A DNA stretch of 52,544 nucleotides, counting the filler, from Bipalium vagum (taxonomy: Eukaryota): NCBI GenBank assembly GCA_037834085.1. It is 3 parts of 3 records of this genome, joined end to end, with 100 filler letters (N's around TTAATTAATTAA, not from the genome) between each part and the next. Parts side by side here need not be neighbours in the genome. Positions count along the whole stretch, not along the records: positions 15,984 to 35,124 come from JBBMKC010009223.1; positions 35,225 to 52,544 come from JBBMKC010071375.1; 1 more part is not named here. One strand, 5' to 3'. Under the pieces are notes generated by a model that saw only the letters and a program-made list of their open reading frames with translations, had not been told where the DNA came from and did not search any database. Below are positions 24,596 through 37,305 of this stretch, piece by piece. The position numbers and the translations under genes were made by a program. The stretch's first letter is position 1. Each line of letters starts with the position of its first letter.

Positions 24596-25851
24596 GTATT
24601 TTGTAAAGATGTTTTCAAGCTTATTATTTCATTTATCAATAAAGTTACTTTTTCTATTATCATTTTACTTCAAGAATCAACAAAGTTAAAATACGAACGT
24701 TTTAAACATACAAGTTTTAAATTTTAAATTTTCAGAATCAATTTTCTAAATAAATTTATGGATGATAAATATTAAATAAATAATGTATTTATAAGTCTAG
24801 TTTGTAATTTGATAATTTAAAACAATTAAAAAGTAATATTTAGTAAACATTAACTGGCTTCTGTCTAATTTTTAAAATCAAAATCATTGATGTTTAATTT
24901 GAATCGAAATTCTTTTTGTGAAATGACAAGTTTTAATAAATCAATTTTATGTTATTTATAAATAAAAGTATATTTATAATAAAATAAAACTAAAATTTTT
25001 ATAAATGATCAATGATTTGTTGACAAAACTCAACTCTCTGACCAAGAGTTATGCATCAGGCAGCGATGTGTCACATAATCACATCAAATTTGATTTTTCT
25101 CAAAACTCAAGGGAAATAGTTATATTTTGTCATTATTTTGATCAGAAAAAAATTTTCATTGTCAAAAAATATTAATGATCTCTTAAAATAATCATTTTCT
25201 GATTTTTATATGCTGGTTATTGTAAATCCTGAACTTGTTAGAAAGCTTTTAGAAAGCTCAAATAATTCAGATTTTCACAAGTCTGTAATCTAATTCTAAA
25301 AAACAAGTTTTTATTATAACGCACTAAAATTTTTGGTTTCCATAACATTTTCAATAAGAGAATATTTTACTTTTACGGATAAAAGCATTGTAGTCACCTC
25401 AGTTTTGCACAGTAACTATTGAATATTAATCTGAAACGAGTAACTAAGATTATTTTTTACATTGTAAAAGAGCTTGAAATAATTCAGATATCCCAATAAT
25501 AAAATACAAAATACGCGAGATTTTCTAAATTTTAGATAATACAGATATATTTATTCAATAGCTGCAGTTTATCAACCAACTTGTGTTTTAACTTCCAAAT
25601 ACATGTAACAGATTTTCTCTATTCCAAAATTTGTCTCTTAGATTTTGCACACTTATTTTTCATCCTGCTTTTGTTCATCTCATTTTCAAGGAAATAATTT
25701 TATGATAAATACCAATAATGTTAACGAAATAATTTGATCTGTACATTTAACTCAATGTAATGCTATTTTAACTACTTTAAAGTTTCAAGTGATTTTAAAA
25801 TAGTAATTTTGATGTTCACGAGAGAGTTAATTGATAATTTTCTGGGGTTTT

Positions 25852-27876
25852 ATTAGGCTGATGCAAAAATAATATTTTTAGTTATGAAAGATAAAAATAA
25901 AATCCAACGATTAACAGGATTATTCATATGAATAAAAGTCTTTACTTCTGGAGGTCACGGTTCATCAAAGGCCATTACGGCATCATGCCTATTCTTAAAG
26001 CATCTGTTGAAAAGGAAAGTATGCAGGTGCTAAAAAATTGAAAGTCTGTTGGTGAAGGATCTGTTGAGTATGATGAGTTAGATAAATCAATAAATTATTG
26101 CAACGTTGTTTGTGCGACGTGATCGTGTGCTATCCTGCAAAAAATTGAACTCTTTCTATTGATCAATGTCAGGGTGGAAAGTTTCGGTTTGTCATTCATT
26201 TCTGTAATATGTTAGATATACTTACTTATCTGTCTTAATAGTTTCGCCAGGGTTTAGAAAGTTGTGATGAATCAGGCATGTCTTGGCCTACCAAACAATC
26301 AATACAATCTTTGGTGAAAAATTGGTTTTTGGGAAGTGCTTAGGAGTTTCATTATGGTTCAACTATTATACCGAACGTTGTTGATTGTCATATAGAATCC
26401 ATTTTTCATTGCATGGCACAATTCGAATGAGAAATGGGAGTGCATATAAGAGGCTGATCAGATCATGTGAATTTTTAATTTGAAAATCATTGTATATTTT
26501 TAATTTATTTCGTTTTTAAAATTAATGATTGCTTATAAAATTTTAAAAACGATTTTGAAAGTTAATTTAATGTTCTAATTAATTTATTATAGAATTTAAT
26601 TTAATAAATTAAAAGAATAAATTTAGTAAATTAAAAATGTTCCGCATATTTATACAGAAAATGTATACACACTTTAAATATAAATCGTTAAGTAATTATA
26701 AGTCCTTATTACTTGTTTTATAGTTTGTATAAATACTATAATAATTGGTAAGAACTTACCGCTATTTTAAACCTATCAATTTATTCTTAAAGGTTGAATC
26801 ATGAAAGGTAGGTAGAACTTTGAGTATCGAAAATTTATCAGAAATTACTTCAAGTTTGAAAACATAAAAGAGGTAAAGATTCTGTTCAAGAAAGAATGAA
26901 GGATAAATTTGAAAAAGATGGAACTATTAATAATGTCAACAAGAACTGTTCTGGAAGACGGAGAATATCGACAAGTACCAAAAAGGAAAAAAGAATACTG
27001 GATTTTTTTAATCGAAGCACGCAAACATCTGTGAGATAAGCAAGTCTTGAGCTATGAATCTCAAAATATTTTGTTCACCAAACTTTGAAGCGCTACCACA
27101 TGAAATGCGAAGGTCTGATTTATAATTATTCTAAGTGTGTATACAGTTTTTTGAGACACCCTTATATAATTAAAAGTTAAGTATTTTTAAAATTGATGAA
27201 ATATTAAAATCCCATGGTTTGATGAAGTTCGTTTAAATATTGTGCATTTGTTTATCATTCAATTTATTTAAAGAAAATTACTGTTATGGATTCCAAACTG
27301 ATAGACATTAATACTGTTGTTGCACAAAAGCAATGAATATGTCACTTCGAAACGGTGATTTATTTGTTATTCACTCAACTGGTGTGGCACTCACCTATCT
27401 CTTTTTTACCTTTCAAATTTGATTTGAATAAAAAGTACCAGTGGTATGGTTGACGTTAAATTACTCTGCTACTTCTATTTTGGTTTTAGATTGATTCACT
27501 TCGACTATCTACTTTGGCTCTACGACCGAGAACTTCGTGACATTCAAGATTTTCATCTTTCTATTGGAAGCATTCATATCAGCGTTGTACCTTACGATCA
27601 ACGTATGCTCCTTGGTCAGACGTTTTATTATTTTTGAGGGCTATTTCAGCGGGCTTTTGGCTTAATTTGCACTTGAACAAAAAATATTTTATTTTGAGTT
27701 TTTTCCATCTTTGTTAAATTGTCTAGAAAAATTCAAATTAATATTCATAGAAAATTATTTATAAAATAACTAAATGTAAGCTTTCTCCTACCAAAATAAA
27801 AGTATTATTTAAACATGTACTTAAAAATCTATTAAGTTAAATAAAAAAATATAACATTATTTTTGCACCAGCCTAA
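25852..27876 (-). mobile_element. Decayed mariner (Hsmar1/cecropia-type TIRs) in OAT intron 1, interrupted by a nested element
   Basis: TIRs ttaggctgatgcaaaaataat and attatttttgcaccagcctaa. N-terminal relic at 27330-27710 (LFKCKLSQKPAEIA...). C-terminal relic at 25950-26450 (QDSTRSRRT, SSYSTDPSPTDF). Confidence 0.88.
26651..27166 (+). mobile_element. Internally deleted Tc1/mariner (DD41D/rosa-like N-terminus) nested in the mariner
   Basis: Inverted ends tgtatacacactt and aagtgtgtatacagttttttgagacaccct. Fragment MKDKFEKDGTINNVNKNCSGRRRISTSTKKEKRILDFFNRSTQTSVR resembles the DUF4817-type HTH region. Confidence 0.75.
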
Positions 27877-28936
27877 TAAAATTTTTGTTTCCTTTGATTA
27901 AAGAAAGTCTCATTTAAGCAAATTTACCTTATTTTCTTTTGTATATGACTTCAATATATAGTAATATTTTATCCAGATGAAATTTCCTTAGTGTTTGATT
28001 GAATTGAAATTATAATAATAAATCTTTACTTGGATTGACGATTGTCCTGGAACTAAGCGAGATAATAAATGTATTGAATATAACTTTTCAAATCTATAAA
28101 AAAAAATTGTAACAACCGAAGATACTTAAAAAGATTGTTTATTTAATAAATACTTACGACTCCTATGTATAAATTTAATATAATAAAATGAAATCTTAAT
28201 AATACATTTCAACGTTTTCCATTGTTTTAATTCAAATATCCTGTATCATAATGTACAAGTTAAATTATTTTTATCATTTTTAATAGAAACAATATTAATT
28301 TTTCCACATTTCAGAAGATTCTTCCATTTAGGCAGTCATATATCCTATTTATTACTTTTAAACCCGATAAGAATATGGATATGGATATATCAAACATAGA
28401 TCATTTGTAATAGATCCGATGAGTACATGAACGTCTAATTCTAGTTAATTTCTTTTTTTTGATTCAAGTGAAAATGTTTGATTTTCTGAACTGGTTCGAA
28501 AATTAAAAAATATAAAATAATGACAAACGAATTTATATAATGAGTTTTAAGAGCTTCATTTTAAACTTGGTATCACAATTTTGAAGTAAAAGTAGAATAG
28601 ATATTTTTATATTTTATTGTTATCTGTAAATATTTTGGTTTTAATTTGGTTAAGTAGAATCAATTATCATTTAAAAGAGGCAAAAATTCACTATAAAATA
28701 TTAGAAAATGCTGTACTATTTTGGTCAATATAATGCATCTTTTCGATATACCGTAGTAAAAACAATAAATAAAGTTGAGTTAACTGCCAGTAGAAAAATT
28801 AATGTGGCCATACTTGTAATCGTTCTAGCAAAATCATAAGTGTGTAAATGAATAATTAAAAACAATCATCCCTCATTAATCTGGAAACGGAGTCAAGACC
28901 TAAGATTTTTCAAAAATAAACTTCATAGAATTTTAT

Positions 28937-28967
<31 letters not shown>

Positions 28968-28981
28968 TATATATATATATA
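28937..28981. repeat. (AAAT)n plus (AT)n compound microsatellite
   Basis: Seen directly. Confidence 0.9.
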
Positions 28982-29743
28982 CCGATATATATCTACCGAT
29001 AGGCAAACAAGCTTTAAAATATGAAAACCTTAAGGATGCATTTTCGGCAAAAATAAACTTTATGTTACATGTTTTCCTTGTTTGTGGATGAATTTCCAAT
29101 GCTTATTGAATAGGATATCTGTTTAATGCAGATTTAGTACTAAAGGATTGATTATTCTTTTATCGATATATAGTTTTAACAAGTTGGTATAACATGTCAC
29201 TACCAAGGAAATCACAGACCACGTAGCTAACCACATTACTAACTTTCTTTCTTTGGAATTATCTTAATAAGATAAATATAATAAACTCCAGATCATAAAT
29301 AACTCAAAAAATTGATAAAATTTCTAGATAGATAGGCTTAAATTTCTATAATTTACTAACCGGATTTTTTGTTTCACAAATAAACTCAATCCTTAACTTA
29401 ATTTTCAATGATGAAAAATTTTTTTTATTAATAATTTAAAGTGTCTGTTCTTCTTGAATTATCATACAGAAATGCCATTGATTCTTCAACAATATTAAAA
29501 TAAATATTTCTCAGTTTTCAGTGGCGTTGAAAATCAATGGTACAATTGTTTTTAGGAATTATCATTAATTATTAGTCTTAAACTTTAAAATATAAGCTTA
29601 TTTTAAAACAATCTTTTAAAGTAATTATTGATTGTAGAACGACATTGATTTATTTATCTATGTTTTTAAAGGGTTTTATGCGGCTAAAGCTGGTTCTCAT
29701 TTCATAATATATTATAATTTTTTTTATTGGTAATTCAATACAG

Positions 29744-29968
29744 GTATCTATGTATGGGATGTTGAAGGGAACATGTATTTCGATTACTTAAGTGCGTATA
29801 GTGCGGTGAATCAAGGTCATTGTCATCCAGATATTATCAAAGTTCTCCATGAACAAGTTCAAAATATTACTTTAACGTCAAGAGCATTCTACAATTCGGT
29901 TTTGGGTGAATTTGAAGAGTATGTCACAAAACTGTTCGGATATGACAAACTGTTACCAATGAATACAG
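29744..29968 (+). CDS. OAT: Ornithine aminotransferase exon 2
   Basis: [28 protein letters not shown]...LTSRAFYN...[11 protein letters not shown](G). Acceptor CAG; the donor is GC (ACAG|GCAATT). Confidence 0.97.
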
Positions 29969-30533
29969 GCAATTACTTTATCATTTTAAACATTCTCTAA
30001 AAAATTTATCGAATTTAAATAAAATAACTAGAGCTACAGTGTTGCTTTCATGTTCTTTTGTAAATAACAAATCGATTGTGTCTAATTATAATTATTGAGC
30101 ATAACGCAAAAAATTACGTAACTCGAAGAGTATTATTTAAAGAAAAGAAGTACTGAAAATTTTCTTTAATTTTAATTAATTTTTAAAAACACGGTACATC
30201 ATTTTGTAAGTTTTTAGAATATTTTCTTGTTTCTTGAGAGGTAGAATACAAAGAAAAAATAAAATGTAAAGATTCATGAATAGAGCCTTTAATTTTAATT
30301 TAGGAACTTCCATGAAAATGGAGTATTTAAAAACAATTTTTCTGCTATTCCTACTTTATAAGGCAAATTTTAGCTCAAATAGATAAAAGTGAAATATCTT
30401 TTGGAACACTTTAGAAATATAAACATTTTCTATTAATTATTTTATTGTGATGTGTATTTAATGAAAATCATAAAATCCAAAAAATAAAACTTGGTAAAAG
30501 TGATTTTTGGAATGAATTAATTTTTTTTCATAG

Positions 30534-30757
30534 GCGTTGAAGCGTGTGAAACGGCTTGTAAACTTGCTCGAAAGTGGGCCTATAATGTTAAAAAAATTCC
30601 AAATAATAAAGCAAAAATTGTATTTGCCAATGATAATTTTTGGGGAAGATCGTTAGCGGCTATTTCCAGTTCTACTGATCCAACAAGCTACGAGGGATTC
30701 GGACCTTATATGCCAGGATTTGAATTGGTTCCTTACAACGACTTAACGAGTTTAGAG
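30534..30757 (+). CDS. OAT: Ornithine aminotransferase exon 3
   Basis: [22 protein letters not shown]...[41 protein letters not shown]; AG/GT boundaries. Confidence 0.97.
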
Positions 30758-31143
30758 GTATTAATGAAGGTTTTTGAATGAGTTTATTCATTATTTATAA
30801 ATTATTTTAAGACAATTAGCTTAAAAGTTAATAATGATACTAAATAAAAATAGAAAATAATTATACAAAGGAGAAAAACACTATTTTTCTGTTATTTTTT
30901 TCTAATAATTTTTCTGTATATATTCCTTAGTTCACAATTTACATTATTATCAACTTTTATTCACCGCGTAACTAATAATAACAAATGACAGGAAAATAAG
31001 TTTATATTCTTTATGAACAAAGAGAATTTTAAACTATTGTTTTAATTGTTCAATTATTTATAATTTATTGATTTATTTTCCGACTCCCATTATAAAGCAA
31101 AATGAACATTGATAATACACATCTTAGAGTTGTAATTAAATAG

Positions 31144-31317
<174 letters not shown>

Positions 31318-34025
31318 TAAAGTCTTGATCACTTTTAAAACTTAGATATATTTTTATATTGCAACAGTTGACTTATTGTTTTAGAAAAATGTTAATTTAA
31401 AGATTAGAGAATGTCGCTTTAAACAAACTAAATTATGTTAAATATTAAATATGTTTAAATATTATTATATTATTATGTTAAATACATTTCTGAAAATAAT
31501 ATTGATGATTATTTATTATTATTATTATTGATTAACTTTAATTATTAATGATTGTAATATTATTTTCTATTGGTTTTTATTTTCTTTATTGTTGATAAGA
31601 AATTCCAAAATGAGAAAATTCTCAGAAATCCAAACACATTATGTTTCTAATTAGTTTTAGATATCGACTGTGATAGATTTAAGGTTTTTTGATTAATTCA
31701 TATTGTCTGTAAATTACGTATTTTGTCAATGAAGGGGAAAAATTGCATTTCCAAAGTGATTAGGCTTCCCTTTTTAACAATTTTCTAAAATGTATTTTAG
31801 TATGACAAAAATATGAATAAGAGCGTTATATTTTACATGTAATCAATTCCGAAATATTGATATTTTCAAAATTATACCTTTTTCCTTATTTCACTTTCCT
31901 ATTCTCAGTTTTCAGAGTCCCTGAAGTTAACCATTAAGTTCCAGGTGTCCGTTGAGAGCACTTTTAACTTGTCAAGAGATTTATTAGTTAGGTTTTTTTA
32001 AGCAGAGCGCCAACATATTTCACCAGAAGTGTTAAATTTTATGTTTTTCTTTATACATGAATCACCGCTTCTTAACCACAATGGGATCTGAGTCCCAATA
32101 GTTTTATTACGTCACAATAATATTGGAAAGATATTTAATTTTGTTTTATTGAAGTCATTTCTGTTAAAAACTCAGGAAATTATTTTTTAGAAATAATATA
32201 GAAAATAGTGCATGAAAATAAAATTAATCGAAGATAATTACAAAAATTTTGATAAAATTAAATAAAAATAAATAAAAATACGATAATAATGAAAACATTC
32301 AAGTTTTTATTTTAAAGAATTGTATTTTGTAACAGTCATTCATGGTTTTCACTGATTAAGTCCTATGGTTACAGTTGTAAAAGCTTAAACATTTTGAATT
32401 GTGAAATTCGTTTCCTTTTTTACTTAATGAATCTATAAATAAGAATAAGATGAACCAAATAGGAAATTAATAAAATTAAAAATTGAAATCAATTTAATTT
32501 AGTAAAACCGGTTTTGAAAGCAATTATAAAATAAGCTTCACTAACGAAACAATGAAGTCAATTAATTTAATTATTGGATAGTTTTAAATAAAAATTGTTT
32601 TGTATAAAACCTGTCTACGCTATAGATATCTCCAGAGAGAGAAAGAAAATGGTAATAAAGTTATCAAAATATCATATTTACATTCATAAAAATTTAATAA
32701 TTAAAATGTGACAAGATAATAACGATTGAGATTTAATAACTTCACCTTATAATAATAATAATTCGATAAAATTCCCGATTAGAATAATGATTGAAATAAA
32801 CTACCAGTAATAGATTCTAACCGATATATTTATTTTGATTTGGTTTCTAAAAACTGTAAGTATCATATTGTGTAACTCGTTAGAAACTGTAATTTTAGTT
32901 ATAAAGTTTTAGATTATTCGTTTATAATTTAGATCTCTTTAATATAAAGTTTGATTAAGTTACACAATGGTTTTATAAAGAATACTGAATTTGATAATCT
33001 TATCCTTAATTTCTGGAATTTCATAGTTAATGATATTATCATAGTGAAGTTTTAGTCAGGATAAAATATCATAACAATAAAAATTCTATAAGATTCAAGT
33101 CTATTTCCAAAGCTCATTCTGGCAAAGAGGAAGAAATTGAAGTAAATTGTTAATATAAATAATAAACAATATAAGAAGTAAATAACTTAGGAAAAAGTAA
33201 ATATTTTATTATTTTTTCAAATAACTTTACATAGTATTGATTTCTCGATTCTTTTCATGTGAGATAATTTGAAAGATACTTTTATTAAGTCTTAAGTTAT
33301 TCAAATTTTAATTAATTTTATTTTACATTTACATTTTTTTACATATTTGAGACAATTAGCAGAAACAAATAAAGATAAATAATTTTTATTTTCACTACCT
33401 TCAACAGTATTATAACATATACAATCGGTAAAAATATGTTCAATGTTTGTGATATTAAATATCTGTCAGATGACGCCGTCAATAATTTTTATCTTTCAGA
33501 TAGCGTTTGAGAAAAGTAATTAGAAAATAGTGACAGCTAAAAAGAAATAAATCTCTCAATTTAATTAAAATTTTTTTTATCTGTATTGACAAAAATTAGT
33601 AAGTGGAAGTTTAAGTATAAGATCAGAATAATACTAGTTGATTTCGGTTCCTAGGTTGTCTTAATATAAAGGTTTATGTTTATTATTAGGATTTATATAT
33701 ATTTTTTCAAAATATCGGTACATTTTTTGTTAAGTCATTTGAATTTTATAAACAGAACTTCCTGGTTTAGTATTTTAGTGTTCTATATAACGCAATTTGA
33801 GATGTGTTTAACCTAAACAACCACAGAGTATGTTTTGTAAAATACAATAAATAAAAACACTGAATACAAGTGAATGATATCGTAATTCTAATTTATAAAA
33901 ATACTTAACAGAAATGCCTTTAAATAAGTAATTGTGCTGATTTTAAGGCTTATCTTTGATTTATAAGTAGGATGTCATTATTTTATGAGGTCAAGGAATA
34001 ATTAATTGTATTTTAAATTATATTA

Positions 34026-34635
34026 CAGGGTATTTCAATTCTATAGTATCATGATTTCAAATCTAGTCTCATAATTTTAAATCTATATTCCCATTACTAT
34101 ATTTTTATATTTATATAAAAGGTATATAACATTTTTGTATTATATTATTAAAATATTTAAACCTTATTCCCATGGTATTTCGATTACAATGATAAGATAA
34201 GAAAGAAAAACCTTTCAAAAGAAATCTTTGATATAATAAAAAACATGTTCAAAATCGGGAAAAATAATATTAATAATACCAGACTCTAAGAAATCAGGGT
34301 GCTTCCTTCAGAGTGAAAGAATCTTTTGATATGGGTTTAGATAACAACAATGACTACAGTGATCAAATATTATGGTCACTTTTTATTATAGACATGAGAG
34401 AATGGTTGGATTTGGCAAGAAGAAAAAACCATTCATATAAGATTTTATAAACATCATGTTATATATGTTATGTCCTTGTTTTATAAACGTATATATATAT
34501 AAAATATATTTTATGTTCTTATATGGCTTTTAAATTTAATCTATAGTATAGCTGAAGTTATTTTTAGTACTTTTAAATTTCAAATGATGGTAATATAGAT
34601 TTGAAATCATGAGACTATAGAATTGAAATACTCTG
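34026..34635. mobile_element. Tc1/mariner-type MITE, 610 bp
   Basis: About 40-bp TIRs (cagggtatttcaattctatagtatcatgatttcaaatcta versus the reverse complement cagagtatttcaattctatagtctcatgatttcaaatcta, 2 mismatches), flanked by TA on both sides. Confidence 0.88.
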
Positions 34636-34749
34636 TAAATCAACCAATAAACAATGTATTTGAATATCGACATTCTCAATCGGATTGGACAACTTGAGCC
34701 CATACATATGATAAAATTCCAATGTTTCTGCAATAGAATTCCTATTTCT

Positions 34750-35095
34750 TTAAATTGAAAAATGTGATGATCTTTATTTTAAAGTTCCTTTTCATCCAAA
34801 AAATTTTTAGTGAGATCGGAAATGATAATAATCCTATTGTGAGATATTCAGGAGTATGTGATGGACATGGTAAGATTTCCATCCAAGCTTTTTTATGATC
34901 TACTGAGTTTAACGAGAAGTATGCGGCCTCGCATTGTAGTATTGAGGGATCATACCTCTTACATTAATTAGAGGCCTTCTGATATATCGATACAATCTTC
35001 TTAATTGTTCAAAATAGAGTTTGGTATTAATGGTGTAATTTCATCCAAAAGTTACCAATACGCAATTCCATGAATTTCTCTTAAAACAGGCAATG
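34750..35095 (-). mobile_element. Mariner transposase C-terminal relic
   Basis: Minus-strand YNARPHT and WMEILPCPSHTPE (WEVLPHPPYSPD-like). Confidence 0.65.
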
Positions 35096-35124
35096 ACAAT
35101 TATTATTATTATTATTATTATTAT

Positions 35125-35224
35125 NNNNNNNNNNNNNNNNNNNNNNNNNNNNNNNNNNNNNNNNNNNNTTAATTAATTAANNNNNNNNNNNNNNNNNNNN
35201 NNNNNNNNNNNNNNNNNNNNNNNN
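35125..35224. other. Artificial contig linker or gap
   Basis: Same 44 N + TTAATTAATTAA + 44 N structure as 15884-15983. Confidence 0.97.
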
Positions 35225-35241
35225 TAATAATAATAATTAAT

Positions 35242-35302
<61 letters not shown>

Positions 35303-35312
35303 TAATAATAAT
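35225..35312. repeat. (TAA)n microsatellite at contig start
   Basis: Seen directly, with a few interruptions. Confidence 0.95.
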
Positions 35313-36004
35313 ACTTTTTATAATAAAAGAAATAGTAAATCTTATAATAAATTAGAAAATATTCTCTCTTATAAATAAAATAGTTTTTATCCTGTAATAA
35401 TATCTTATTTTAATGGTATGATGCAGTAGTAGTAAGAAGAAGAAAACATTAATTAAAACATATTATTAACTAAAATTTCACTGAAATAAAATATTTTAGT
35501 CAAAATTAAGTTTCAAAAATTAATTAATTTTGTTTTATTAAAATTTCTGAATATATCTGAAAAATTTTCAGAAAAATATAAACTTTGTTATATTATAAAT
35601 TATTTCAAAATATCATTACATTACTTTTCTACAAATACACTAATACGTATTAGAATGACAGGAAGGATTACTTTAGTCATGTCTGTATTTTGTTATTTTT
35701 ATTTCGAAATATCATTATTATTATTATTATTTTATTGTAAAATATTAATTCAAAAATAATACTTAATATTATTATGTAGATAATACAATTATATTTTTAA
35801 TCTTTTCTTTAACATAATATCACGGTACCTGGCCATTGAAATAGACTCAAGAATTATTTTACAAACAGTTGTTTTTTAGTCATCTATTTTCATTGCGTTG
35901 CAACATGTTTGGTTTTCTTTATTGACATGAAATACACTGACTTTTTATAACAAAAAATAGCAGTATCATATAAAACCAAATATTTAGTTATCTTTTATGA
36001 TATA

Positions 36005-37305
36005 CAGAGTCTTCCAAAACAAGCTTTACTACTTCAAGTCGCTATTTCTCCCTACATAAAAATTAAAAAAGTAATTTTATTTATACCTTTATTTAAACAC
36101 AGAAATTACAAAAATTTATATTTTAAATATGATGTCATTAAAATGACCGTCTCTGGCAGCCTTACAAGTTTGGGCTATTTTTATGGAACTTTGTATAACT
36201 TTTTGGCATAAGTCAATTGAGATCATAGCGATTTGTTCCGAAATATTGTCTTCGAGTTTTGTAATAGTTTTTGATTGATTAATATAAACTTTATCTTTAG
36301 ATATCTTCATAAGAAATAATCTGGAGCAGTCAAATCGGGAGATCTAGGAGGCCAATCAACATCACCGAAACGTGAGATCACGCCAGATGGAAAAGATTCG
36401 TGTAATAGTGCAATTGTTTTCCTATTTGTATAAGATGTGGCACCATCTTGCTGAAATCTCCACATTAAAATCATTCAGATAAGGCTTAAGGAATGTTTCT
36501 TTCATATGTCGGTATCTCTCTCCTGTTACTGTAACTGTTTTACCTGCAGCATTTTCGAAAAAGTATGGACCACTTACACCTCTTGTCCATATTCAACATC
36601 ATACAGTAACTTTTGGCGAATGTAATGCTTCTTCCTTCAAAATATAAAGTTGCTTTGTTGCCCAAATTCGATAATTTTGTTTATTAAAAACACCTTCTTT
36701 CAAGTGAAAATGACTTTCATCAATCATAATGATTTTTTTCCAAAAATGATGATCTGCAATTGATCTTTCTAACAACCAATTACAATAATTCAGTCAAATT
36801 TGATGGTCTGATTCTTTAAGTTTCTGAACTACCGTAAGCTTATAGGCTTTCATATGCAAATCTTCATTCCTTAACCGCGACAAACTGCATTTTGAGAGGT
36901 TTAATTCCTGTGCTCTGACTGATTGAGGTGCATTTATTGTCTTCAATACTTTCTCATGTACTTGCAATATTTTCAGGTATACGCGCAGATCTAGGTCGTC
37001 CAAATTTTGGTCTATCTGCTACCGAGCAAAATGCTTCAGAAGCATTAACCAGGCTGTAAATTGTTGGTTTTGATGGACATTTGTTTTTCCCAAATTTTGC
37101 ATTTAATTTTTTAACTGTTACTGAAATTGAACTACCGCTTTGATAAAATATTTTGATAATTTCTGCCCGTTGTTGCACATTTTAACGATCCATATTTAAT
37201 TTTCAAATGTTTAGCTAGAATAATCTTAAATATTAATTTATTTAAATAAAATATACTTCGTATTTAATGTGTTAAAAGTAGTAAAACTTCTTTTGGAAGA
37301 CCCTG
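36005..37305 (-). mobile_element. Full-length decayed DD41D (rosa/Visitor) Tc1/mariner transposon, 1301 bp
   Basis: About 30-bp TIRs (cagagtcttccaaaacaagctttactactt versus cagggtcttccaaaagaagttttactactt) with TA flanks. N-terminus QQRAEIIKIFYQ...GRPRSAR. Catalytic FQQDGATSY...WPPRSPDLTAPDYF with exactly 41 residues between the second and third Asp. Confidence 0.93.
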
